64,000 nt of DNA from an uncultured Actinomycetota bacterium. Its GTDB lineage: Bacteria; Actinomycetota; Actinomycetes; Propionibacteriales; Kribbellaceae. Where the stretch lies: the NCBI GenBank assembly GCA_963748245.1, contig CAVVIA010000006.1:474050-538049 (forward strand). The letters are read 5' to 3'. Below are positions 33,186 through 42,305 of this stretch, piece after piece; within the stretch, counting starts at the first letter, position 1; each line of letters begins with the position of its first letter. A model generated the notes under the pieces. It saw nothing but the letters and a program-made list of their open reading frames with translations. It ran no database searches and was not told the origin of the DNA. The translations under genes were made by a program, and so were the position numbers.

Positions 33186-34430
33186 TCATCCGGCCCTCAT
33201 TTCGGAGGTGCCGGTCCCGGACCGGCGGGCGCGCGCCCACGCAGTGCCCGCCGCCAGGGCCGCGACCGTCCCCGCGGCGCCCATGACACCCACTGCGACC
33301 GACGGCGAGGACTGATCGGCGATCAGCCCGGCGAGCAGGATCCCGAGGCCCTGACTGCTCCGCAACGCCGTGCTGGCGACTCCGAAGGCCTGGCCCCGCT
33401 GTGCGTCCGGCACGGCCTGAACGAAAGCGGCGCTCGTCGGTAGGTGGTATGCCGATGCGAGGCCGGAGAAGGCCCACAAGGCCACGGTCGGCAGGAGCCC
33501 TGGCGCGAGGAAGCAGACGATCAGCGGTGCACAGGCCAGCACAGCCAGCGGCCCCAGCAATCCCATCCGCCGCTCAGGCGGCCACAAGGTGATCAGCCAC
33601 ATGCCCGCGACAGCACCCGCTGGACTCGCAGCGAGCAGTAGTCCGGCCGCTTCAGGCCCTCCGCCGATCTCATGGGCGTAGGGGACTGCCAGGCCCTCGA
33701 CGGTCACGTAGAACCCGGCGATGGTCGCCAACAGGACCAGCGTGCGCAGTTTCGGCGTACGGATGACCAGTGAGAAGCCGGCGGCGAGGTCCTTGAAGTA
33801 GCTCCGCGGTGGCTCATTGGTGTCACGGGCCGGCACCGGGCGTCGTCGTACGCCGAAGGCTATGAGTGCTGCGGACAGCAGGAAGGTGACGGAGTCCAGC
33901 AGCAGACCGCCTGACGTACCTACCGCGACCACGATCACGCCGCCGGTGCCGAAGCCGAGCACCTGGCTGAACTGCACGACCATGTCGTTCGCAGCCTTGC
34001 CCAGCACGTAGTGATCACCGGGCAGTACGGCGGGCAGCGTCGCAGCACGTGCAGCGTTGAACGGTGACCCGAACGCCTGCAGTGCGAGCAGGAGAAGTAC
34101 GACGACCAGCAGCGGCAGGGCCTCGATCGCCATAGCTGCAACGAGAACAGCCCGGGCGAGGTCGGTGATGATCATCACAGTACGGCGTGGGTAGCGGTCG
34201 GCGAACCCGGCCAGCAGCGGCCCGAACAGCAGGTCGGGCACATAGGTCAGCGCGTAGGTGAGAGCGGTCAGCCCGGCGGAGTTGGTGCGGTCGAAGACCA
34301 GCACCGACAGCGCGACCCGGGCCAGCTGGTCGCCCGCGACGGACAGGACCCCGGCCAGGAACAGTGCTCTGAACTCCGCGTGCCCGAACACGTCGCGCCA
34401 GCGGGCACGCTCGATCACCCCACCCTCCAT
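33186..34430 (-). CDS. MFS transporter (EntS/DHA3-like)
   Basis: FRALFLAG..S..GDQLARVAL, FADRYPRR, ~12 TM; start ATG 34430 or GTG 34418. Confidence 0.92.
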   Translation of the reverse strand: MEGGVIERARWRDVFGHAEFRALFLAGVLSVAGDQLARVALSVLVFDRTNSAGLTALTYALTYVPDLLFGPLLAGFADRYPRRTVMIITDLARAVLVAAMAIEALPLLVVVLLLLALQAFGSPFNAARAATLPAVLPGDHYVLGKAANDMVVQFSQVLGFGTGGVIVVAVGTSGGLLLDSVTFLLSAALIAFGVRRRPVPARDTNEPPRSYFKDLAAGFSLVIRTPKLRTLVLLATIAGFYVTVEGLAVPYAHEIGGGPEAAGLLLAASPAGAVAGMWLITLWPPERRMGLLGPLAVLACAPLIVCFLAPGLLPTVALWAFSGLASAYHLPTSAAFVQAVPDAQRGQAFGVASTALRSSQGLGILLAGLIADQSSPSVAVGVMGAAGTVAALAAGTAWARARRSGTGTSEMRAG

Positions 34431-34590
34431 ACCTACGACCCTAACCACAATCTGTGGTCTGACACCTCCCGCCTGTAACTGAAAGGGTTTCCCTGCACCG
34501 CTGCGAGGCTGGTTCAAAGGTTTGATCGCGGCGCATCAGTGCCACATCGTGAACCCGGTGGTTCTCGATTTGGGTGAACGTTCTACTCTG

Positions 34591-34780
34591 GAGATCTCTG
34601 GTACCGGGGTCTGGGCGGGGCGGCCCCGACCCTGGTACCGGAGCTCTTCTTTGTCCGGGGGTCATCGACGAAAACTGTCGGTGGCCCCCGGTAGCGTTCT
34701 CAGTGCCAGGGGCGGCTCCTGGACGTGCTTCCTTCTCCTTCACCAGGCCAAGTAGCGCGTCCGCTCTCCGCCCCTGGCGC
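34591..34780 (+). ncRNA. Candidate structured RNA/leader of three hairpins
   Basis: Stems at 34591-34646, 34655-34691 and 34703-34780 contain G-U pairs on the + strand. Confidence 0.4.
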
Positions 34781-34812
34781 GTTCGTCATGAGCCCGCTGG
34801 GGAGGAGTCGCG

Positions 34813-37377
34813 ATGCCGGATCAGCACGCGCAGGCCGCCGTACTGCTGCGCCGCCGGCGCCTGGTCGACCCGACCACTCTGACACCGCCGGTCCGGCGCT
34901 CCGCCTGGCAGTGGCTGCGCCGGCCGCTGACCATCCAGTCGGGGCTGTCCGCGCTGCAGGCCGAGCTGATCCAGCGAGGACTCCTGCTGTCCGTCGGTCT
35001 GTACCGGTACTGCTCCGGTCTGTCGGCGCCCGCGCTCGCCGGCTTCGGTCGCGCGCTGCTCGAGCTGCTGGACGCGGAGTCCGGTCACGACGAGCAGCAC
35101 GTGCCGCTGTTCCGCGGGTTCCCGGAGAGCGTGCCGGGCAACACCGAGACCTTCTACATCAACCGGGTCTTCGCGCGGCTGCTGCAAGAGCCCGAGCAGC
35201 CGTGCGTGCTCTGCGGGGACGCGAGGTCGGTGCACGCCGTCTCGCCCTGCGCGCACCTGGTCTGCCGGACGTGCTGGGACGGTTCCGACTTCAGCGCCTG
35301 CCCGCTGTGCCTGCGCCGGATCAACCCGAACGACCCCTTCCTGAAGCCGTCTTTCGACGAGGTGCAGCCCCCGCACGTGCGCTCGGATCGCCTGCGCTTG
35401 CTGACTCTCGCACCGGCCGACGCGCCGCGGTCGACAGCCCAGGCTCTGCTGGTACGGCGTTCGCCCCTGTCCGCCGCGGATCGCGCTGATCTGCAGGTGC
35501 TGTTGGCTGGAGCCGACCCGTCCTGGCTACCTGACGAGATCCCGGTCCGGGAGACGCGGGCGCTGGTCCTCGCCCACTTCATCGACGACCACCCCGACCT
35601 GATCGATCGAGCCGGTACGGCGACCGACGTACTGCGGTTGCTCTATGCCCTGATGGACGCGGACCCCGGGCTACGGACACCGCCGGTCCGGCGCAAGTCA
35701 TTGCCTCGGGCAACCCGGCGGCTGGTGCTTGCGCGGCTCGACCGGTTGCCGGCCGAGACGCTGATCGAGGACATGCTTCGGCATGAGCGCGCCTGGAAGC
35801 GGATCGCGGAGAATCTGCACCCGTTCGAGTTCGCGACGCGGCATCCGCGCGCGGCGCTCGCGTTCGCGGTGTTGCGTCGTACCGATCTGGACCTGGGGAC
35901 CGCGGCCGGGCGAGCGGTGGCGGGGGAGGCGGCGCGGCATCCCTTTGTCCGGGTGGATGGCGGGCGGCTGACCACGAGTACGTTCGCGTCCCGGGTCGAG
36001 GACGCGTTGGCGTCGAGGCCGGGGCACGCGCTCGACCTGTTGCGGCAGCGACCGGGGGAGTTGGTACGGCGATTGGTCCACCTGGCGCGGTTGTTGCCGG
36101 CGGACCAGCACGGCGCGCTGGTGGACGCGTTGGCAACGGCAGTATCGGACGTGTCGCCGGTCGTGCTCACCGCAGCGCTGGGTCAGGTCCGCACGCCACC
36201 TGGTGATCTGCGGCTGTTCTTCCCGCGTGGCGGGACGGCACGGATCTGGACGACGGTGGACGAGCGGGAGCCGTTGCCGACCGAGCTCGGCACCGCGCTG
36301 ACCGGCGTACTGGTGGGAGAAATGTTGCGGCGGGCAACGGATCTGCCGCGGTTGCGGCGGGTGTTCCTGGACGAGGAGCTGGCTCGGTTGGCGGCGCCTG
36401 GTTCGGAGCGGAGTGCTTCGTCGACGTTGCTGCGGATGACGCGGGGGAGTGCGGTCCCGATTCCGCAGGACGAGTTGCTGCGGCTGTTCCTGCACTGGGT
36501 CGAGCCGCGCGGGCGGCGGGTGGATCTCGACCTGTCGGTCGCGGTGTTCGACGAGGAATGGGGTTTCGTCGGACTGTGTGACTACACCCGGCTGCGGTTC
36601 GACCAGGACGCGCTGGTGCACTCGGGCGATCTGACCTCGGCGCCCGGGCCGCACGGGTCGACGGAGTTCGTGGATCTGGATCTGCGCGCGGTGCGACGGG
36701 TCGGCGGCCGGTACGTGCTGCCGGTGGTGTTCAGCTACAACAACGTGCCGTTCGACGAGCTCGAGCGCGGGTTCGTCGGGGTGATGCGGCAGCCGACCGG
36801 GCTGTTCGATCCGGCCGCGGTCGAGGAGCGGTTCGACCTGGCCGGGCCGGCGAAGATCCTGCTGCCGTTCGGCGTCGACCTGCAGACGAAGGAGCTCCGC
36901 TGGTACGACGTCAACCTCAGCGCGGCCGGGTACGGGCACAACATCGCGAAGTACGGCGGGCACCTGGCGCTGATGGCGGCGACGATGGAGGAGGTCCACG
37001 GCGCGGGGGACCGGGTGAGCCTGTGGGAGGTCTGCTGCTGGCACGCGGCCGCGCGGACCGACGAGGTCGTCGTCCGGTGTGCCGACGGTTCGGTGGTCGG
37101 CTACCTGCGTGATCCGGCTGAGGATCTCCCGGCTTTCGCCCGCCGGCTCACCGCGCGCCTGGAGCCGGACCGGGTCTGGGATCACGACGCCGCTGAGAAG
37201 TCCGACTTCGCCGCCGTACTCACCGCGGACTTCACGCCCCGAGCGGGTGCCGAGGTGTATGCCCTCCACCCGCATCTGCTCGATGCCGCCACGCACACGC
37301 TCATCGACGCGCCGCACCTGCTGAGCGCGCTGGCGCCCGACACTCGCGCGCACACCCCGGCGTCCATCCCGAGCTGA
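34813..37377 (+). CDS. RING-finger/TerD-domain protein (MXAN_6230/SCO0854-like)
   Basis: CVLC...PCAHLVCRTC...CPLC RING; ATDVLR; RPGELVRRL; C-terminal TerD-like VDLDLS...HSGDLTSAP...EFVDLDL. Confidence 0.85.
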   Translation: MPDQHAQAAVLLRRRRLVDPTTLTPPVRRSAWQWLRRPLTIQSGLSALQAELIQRGLLLSVGLYRYCSGLSAPALAGFGRALLELLDAESGHDEQHVPLFRGFPESVPGNTETFYINRVFARLLQEPEQPCVLCGDARSVHAVSPCAHLVCRTCWDGSDFSACPLCLRRINPNDPFLKPSFDEVQPPHVRSDRLRLLTLAPADAPRSTAQALLVRRSPLSAADRADLQVLLAGADPSWLPDEIPVRETRALVLAHFIDDHPDLIDRAGTATDVLRLLYALMDADPGLRTPPVRRKSLPRATRRLVLARLDRLPAETLIEDMLRHERAWKRIAENLHPFEFATRHPRAALAFAVLRRTDLDLGTAAGRAVAGEAARHPFVRVDGGRLTTSTFASRVEDALASRPGHALDLLRQRPGELVRRLVHLARLLPADQHGALVDALATAVSDVSPVVLTAALGQVRTPPGDLRLFFPRGGTARIWTTVDEREPLPTELGTALTGVLVGEMLRRATDLPRLRRVFLDEELARLAAPGSERSASSTLLRMTRGSAVPIPQDELLRLFLHWVEPRGRRVDLDLSVAVFDEEWGFVGLCDYTRLRFDQDALVHSGDLTSAPGPHGSTEFVDLDLRAVRRVGGRYVLPVVFSYNNVPFDELERGFVGVMRQPTGLFDPAAVEERFDLAGPAKILLPFGVDLQTKELRWYDVNLSAAGYGHNIAKYGGHLALMAATMEEVHGAGDRVSLWEVCCWHAAARTDEVVVRCADGSVVGYLRDPAEDLPAFARRLTARLEPDRVWDHDAAEKSDFAAVLTADFTPRAGAEVYALHPHLLDAATHTLIDAPHLLSALAPDTRAHTPASIPS

Positions 37378-37524
37378 TTTGCCCGCGATGCCGCGGTTTC
37401 CGTCGCGGGCGTTGCTGAGGATCGGCTGAGAGGAGTTTGACAATTCTGTGACGCTGCGGGGCCCGGTGCTTTGGCTGGCTCGCCTGCAGGAGTACAACGG
37501 AATTGACTGCGAAGGGAGCCACGA

Positions 37525-38073
37525 ATGACGTATGACGTGGTGGTGCTCATCGAGCGGGAGATGAGCGAGGGCGACGCGCGCCGCGTTGCCGCCCTGCACG
37601 CAAGGTACGAAGAACCCGTGGACTACCACCTGCTCGTCTCCAGCCATGCGGAGAGCGGCTTCGGTGGTCCGATGGCGCTGCTCGGGTCGACATTCGCGGA
37701 CGTGGCCGGCACGACCGCCGCCACATCCGTCGTCGGCAACGCAACCGTCGCCTCAGCGCGGGTCAGCCCGCCGGGCACGCCGAGCCGAACACCGACAGCC
37801 ACTCTCGCCGATCCGGATGTCGACCTGGCCTCGGTGATCGAACACAGTTCACGTCATCTCCGGGCCGCCAGCGGCTACCCGGTGAACGTGTCCATCACGC
37901 ACGGCGAGATCCTGCTGGCTCTCTCGTCCCTGGTGAAGAGCACCAGGAGCCACGAGGTCGTGGTGGTCGCCTGGCCGGAGACAGCCGCGAGCTTCCTCTG
38001 CTCCGACTGGACCACCAAGGCCCGCAAGGCCCTGAAGGTCCCCCGGGTCCGGATCCTCGAGCACGAGACCTGA
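37525..38073 (+). CDS. Conserved actinobacterial protein, USP-like fold
   Basis: YDVVVLIE...EVVVV......FL..DW..KARK.L.VP...ILEH. Confidence 0.7.
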   Translation: MTYDVVVLIEREMSEGDARRVAALHARYEEPVDYHLLVSSHAESGFGGPMALLGSTFADVAGTTAATSVVGNATVASARVSPPGTPSRTPTATLADPDVDLASVIEHSSRHLRAASGYPVNVSITHGEILLALSSLVKSTRSHEVVVVAWPETAASFLCSDWTTKARKALKVPRVRILEHET

Positions 38074-38242
38074 TCGGCTCGGGGCCGTACCGAGCGACAG
38101 GATGTAGCCACCGCAAGGCGGGCGGGCCACGCGGTGCCCCTACCTCCTGTCGTTCGGCCCGTCCAGCCGCGAACGGGCTGGTAGCCCCACCCCGCCGTGA
38201 CCGGTCGGCTGGACCCGTCCCGCCGTGACCGGTCGGCTCGAC

Positions 38243-39634
38243 CTAGCCGGCTGTGATTGGTTGGTGTGGGAGGCGGACCGACACCGTGGTTTCGCCTGGG
38301 TGGGAGTGGATGGCGATGACGCCGCCGTGGTGCTCGGCGATGATCCGCTGGGCGATGTCGAGGCCCAGACCGGTGCCCTTGCCGACGTCCTTCGTCGTGT
38401 AGAACGGCTCGAAGGCGCGGGCCACGACCTGCGGCGGCATCCCCGGCCCGGTGTCGGTGAACTCGACCACGATCCGGTCGCCGTCGGTCCGGGTGGTGAT
38501 CCGCAACGTGCCGGTGCCTTCCATCGCGTCGACCGCGTTGTCGATCAGGTTCGTCCACACCTGGTTCAGCTCGCCGGCGTACGCGTCGATCGTCGGGACA
38601 TCCGCGCCGTACGACCGGATCACCTCGATCCCGTCGCGGAGCTTGTGGCCGAGCATCACCAACGTGCTCTCGATACCTTCGGTGACGTCGATCGTCTGGA
38701 TCGAACCGCGGTCCATCTGCGAGTACGACCGGACCGCCGCGACCAGCTCGGAGATCCGCCGCGTCGACTCCTTCACCTCGCCGAGCAGTGTGGCTACTGC
38801 GAGTGTGCTCGCGACCCACTCGAGCCCAGGCTCCAACGCGTCGCCCATGACCTCGGCAGCACGTTCGCACCACTCGAGAGAAGCCCCGGCGGCGGCCAGC
38901 GGCGGTGCGATCAGCCAGTCCTGCTCGATGTCATGGCGATCCAGCCACGCGGAGATGGTGTTCTCGGCATCGGCCAGGTCGACCGGGTCCGGCGCCGCCG
39001 TACTCTCGCCGAGCTCCACCCGCAACGCGTCCAGCGTGCTGAACTGAGCGGCCGTGATCTCACCCTCCGAGAGCCGGCGCAGCGCGGAGAGCAACGAGTT
39101 GCAAGCGGTGTCGAGAGCGCTGACCGAGCGGGAGGCCGCCGCAGCGGGGTTGTTGATCTCGTGCGCCAACCCGGCCGCCAGCGTTCCCAGCGTGATCAGC
39201 GCGTCCCGCTGCCGTGCGGTCGACTCGATCGCACGCGCCGTCCCGTAGACGCCCTTGATCAGGTGACCGCCGAGCGGGAACCAGGCGTCGACCCGCTCCC
39301 GCAGGACGTCGGCCGGGACCCGGAGTACCCGTCCCTCGGCGATCCCGCGCCCGGTCGCGAGGTAGACGCCGTGCTCGTCCCAGGCGCGGAACCCGCCGGC
39401 CCATCGCCCCGGTACGTCGATCTTGCCCATCACGGTGTCTTCTCGCCCGATCAGGCGGTGCAGCGCGATGGCGCCGTCGACGAGCACCCACCAGAAGTCG
39501 GCCGGCTCGCCTTCGTGGAACAGGTCGGCACCCGGTTCGATCGGGACCTCGGTGCTGCTGTCGATCAGCTCGCCCAACTGGCCGTCGGTCAGCCCGGCGA
39601 AGAGGGAGATCCCGCGGAGGTCGGCTGCCTTCAT
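38243..39634 (-). CDS. cNMP-binding-domain sensor histidine kinase
   Basis: N-terminal cNMP domain; LAHEINNP, NQVWTNLIDNA, DTGPG, FYTTK, GTGLGL. Confidence 0.95.
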   Translation of the reverse strand: MKAADLRGISLFAGLTDGQLGELIDSSTEVPIEPGADLFHEGEPADFWWVLVDGAIALHRLIGREDTVMGKIDVPGRWAGGFRAWDEHGVYLATGRGIAEGRVLRVPADVLRERVDAWFPLGGHLIKGVYGTARAIESTARQRDALITLGTLAAGLAHEINNPAAAASRSVSALDTACNSLLSALRRLSEGEITAAQFSTLDALRVELGESTAAPDPVDLADAENTISAWLDRHDIEQDWLIAPPLAAAGASLEWCERAAEVMGDALEPGLEWVASTLAVATLLGEVKESTRRISELVAAVRSYSQMDRGSIQTIDVTEGIESTLVMLGHKLRDGIEVIRSYGADVPTIDAYAGELNQVWTNLIDNAVDAMEGTGTLRITTRTDGDRIVVEFTDTGPGMPPQVVARAFEPFYTTKDVGKGTGLGLDIAQRIIAEHHGGVIAIHSHPGETTVSVRLPHQPITAG

Positions 39635-39650
39635 CAGAGGGTCCCTGTCA

Positions 39651-41300
39651 TCAGACGGTCGCAAGGTAGCGATGGACGAGGTAGACCGACATCGCTCCCT
39701 CGCCGACGGCGGACGCGACCCGTTTCATCGAGTCGAGCCGTACGTCGCCGGCCGCGAACACACCCGGCAGGCTCGTCTCCAGCGCGAACGGCGGCCGCGG
39801 TAGCGCCCAGCGATCCATCGTGACCAGCTCCGGACCGGTGATGACGAACCCCTTGCCGTCACGGACCAGCGACTCGCTCAGCCAATCGGTCCGCGGCGAC
39901 GCGCCGACGAAGACGAACAACCAGCTCGCCTGGACTTCCTCGACCCGGCCCGTGGCCCGCTCGACCAACGTCAACGCCTCGAGATGACCTTCGCCGCGAC
40001 AACTCATCACCTCGGTCCGGCAGCGGACTTCGATGTTTGTCGCTGATGTGATCTTGTCTATCAAGTATCGGGACATAGATGTCGTCAGTGTGTCCCCGCG
40101 TACCAGGAGTACAACCCGCTTGGCATAGCGGGCCAGGTTCAGCGCCGCCTGACCAGCTGAGTTCGCGGCACCCACGACGTACACCTCGTCGTCCTGGCAC
40201 TGACTCGCTTCGCTGGCCGTCGCGCCGTAGTACACGCCGCGGCCGGTGAGGTCGCCGAGGCCGTCGACATCCAGGTTCCGGTACGAGACGCCGGTCGCGA
40301 TGATCACCGCGCGGGCCTCGATCTCCCCGGATCCCTCCAGCAGTACGGCGTGCACCGGCCCGCGCGGCTCGAGTCCGACGACTCCGCGGGCCAGCACCAT
40401 CTCGGCGCCGAAACGCGAGGCTTGGGCCACCGCCCGGGCAGCGAGGTCCGAGCCCGTCAGACCGCGGGGAAAGCCGAGGTAGTTCTCGATCGACGCGCTC
40501 GATCCGGCCTGCCCGCCAGGCGCCTCGCGCTCGACGATGACCGTGCTCAACCCTTCCGACGCCGCATAGACGCCGGCGGCCAGTCCAGCGGGTCCGCCTC
40601 CGACGATGCAGACGTCGTACAGCGGTTGCTCGGCGCGGGTCCGCAGGCCGAGTGCCGAGGCGAGGTCGATCGTGGACGGTGAGCGGAGGGTTTCGCCCTC
40701 AGGGACGAGGACCAGCGGCAGATCGTTGTCCGCGGCATCGGCCAGGTCGCGCAGCCGTTGGCCTTCGGCATCGCGCTCGACGTCGTACCAGCGATAAGGA
40801 ACATGGTTACGTGCCAGGAATGTCTTGATGTCATGCGTGCGATCGGACCAGCGGTTCCCGACCACGCGGACGTCGTTGGTGTGTTCGGGGTTCGCCTGTT
40901 GCCAGTCGCCGAGCAGGTCGTCGATGACCGGGAACAGTTGGTCCTCGGGTGGATCCCAGGGCTTGAGCAGGTAGTAGTCCAGGCCGATGTCGTTGATCGC
41001 CTTGATCGCGACTTCGGTGTCGGCGTATGCGGTGAGCAACAGGTGCTTCGCGGTCGGTGCCTGTTCGCGGGCGCGTTCGAGCAGTTCGATCCCGGTCATC
41101 CCCGGCATCCGCTGGTCGGTGGCGATCAGCGCGATCGGCTGGTTACGCAACGCGAGTTTGGTCAGGGCGCCCAACGCCTGAGCGCCCGACGTCGCCTTCA
41201 CGATCAGGTAGTCGTCGCCGTACCGGCGGCGCAGGTCGCGGGAGATGGCCGCACTGACCATCGGGTCGTCGTCGACGGTGAGAATCGCAGGTTTGCTCAC
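39651..41300 (-). CDS. Receiver domain fused to thioredoxin-reductase-like flavoprotein
   Basis: ILTVDDD...DQRMP...KPW receiver; GGGPAG, IENYLGFP, GAANSAG, FAAGD. Confidence 0.93.
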   Translation of the reverse strand: MSKPAILTVDDDPMVSAAISRDLRRRYGDDYLIVKATSGAQALGALTKLALRNQPIALIATDQRMPGMTGIELLERAREQAPTAKHLLLTAYADTEVAIKAINDIGLDYYLLKPWDPPEDQLFPVIDDLLGDWQQANPEHTNDVRVVGNRWSDRTHDIKTFLARNHVPYRWYDVERDAEGQRLRDLADAADNDLPLVLVPEGETLRSPSTIDLASALGLRTRAEQPLYDVCIVGGGPAGLAAGVYAASEGLSTVIVEREAPGGQAGSSASIENYLGFPRGLTGSDLAARAVAQASRFGAEMVLARGVVGLEPRGPVHAVLLEGSGEIEARAVIIATGVSYRNLDVDGLGDLTGRGVYYGATASEASQCQDDEVYVVGAANSAGQAALNLARYAKRVVLLVRGDTLTTSMSRYLIDKITSATNIEVRCRTEVMSCRGEGHLEALTLVERATGRVEEVQASWLFVFVGASPRTDWLSESLVRDGKGFVITGPELVTMDRWALPRPPFALETSLPGVFAAGDVRLDSMKRVASAVGEGAMSVYLVHRYLATV

Positions 41301-41352
41301 GCGGTGCCCCCCACAGCAATGAACCGATCCCGTCAGGATGCCACGAGATCCA

Positions 41353-42111
41353 CTAGTCGTCGATGAGCGCGCGCAGCGTCTCCCGCTCCGGTTCGGGGAC
41401 ATAGCCGGCGTAGTAGTCATACATGTTCTGCCGTGCGATCCGGGCCGCCGCGTGACCGTCCCCGGCGCGGATCGCGTCCACCACCTCGGCGTGGTGCTGC
41501 AGCGATTCGAGCATCAGGGCGCGGCTGTTCCGGGCGTGCGCGACCCTGTCCGCGATCAGGGTGAGGACAACGCCGCGGACGACCTCGTTGCAGGTCTGGA
41601 TCAGCGAGTTGCGGCTGATCCGCGCGATCACGTCGTGGAACGCCAGATCCGCCTCGCCGAAGGCCTCGAAGTCGACGTCGATCGCGGCCCGCATGGCCAC
41701 CAGCGTCCCCTCCATCTCGGCCAGTTGCTCCGGGGTGCGCAGCCGGGACGCGACCTGGATCGCGGCGCCGTCCATGATCATCCGGAAGCCGATCAGCTCG
41801 CTCAGCGTCAGCTCGTCCACCCGCGCCAGCCGGACCATCTGCTTGCGCAGCGCCGACTGGGAGAACGGCAGGATCTCCGGCCCGTTCGGATCACCCGGGC
41901 GCGACCGGACGACGCCGTTGCTCTCCAGCACCCGCAGTGCCTCGCGCACCGTCGACCGGCTGACCTCGAACTGCGCGACCAGTTCGCGCTCACTCGGCAG
42001 CCGCTGACCTGGGGCGAGATCACCCCGGGCGAGGGCGTCCTCGACCTGCTCGACGATCCGCTGGTAGGCGCGGACGGGCTGCACCGGCTCGAACCGCGGA
42101 CCCTTTGTCAT
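41353..42111 (-). CDS. GntR/FadR-family regulator
   Basis: RLPSERELVAQFEVSRSTVREAL plus FCD domain (DLAFH). Confidence 0.95.
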   Translation of the reverse strand: MTKGPRFEPVQPVRAYQRIVEQVEDALARGDLAPGQRLPSERELVAQFEVSRSTVREALRVLESNGVVRSRPGDPNGPEILPFSQSALRKQMVRLARVDELTLSELIGFRMIMDGAAIQVASRLRTPEQLAEMEGTLVAMRAAIDVDFEAFGEADLAFHDVIARISRNSLIQTCNEVVRGVVLTLIADRVAHARNSRALMLESLQHHAEVVDAIRAGDGHAAARIARQNMYDYYAGYVPEPERETLRALIDD

Positions 42112-42182
42112 TCCGGAGCACCCCAATCGCTTGACAGACCCCTGCGTAGCGACAAACCTAGTGGCCCAATGACACCTAGTCC

Positions 42183-42197
42183 ACTGGTCGGACCAGT
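42183..42197. promoter_or_regulatory. FadR-type operator palindrome
   Basis: ACTGGTC-G-GACCAGT between the regulator and the ABC operon. Confidence 0.75.
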
Positions 42198-42305
42198 CAC
42201 AACCGTACGGCGAACCGGGCCGGACCGGCGTGGCCCCGCTCAGCGGACTCCGCAGGGATCGCCAGAATGCGGCGAAGAACAGCCGGCAGCACTGGAGGAG
42301 TTCGC

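Noticed and set aside
38191..38243. 19-bp direct repeat CCGCCGTGACCGGTCGGCT twice
   Set aside because: Only two copies at a convergent gene end; no function supportable.
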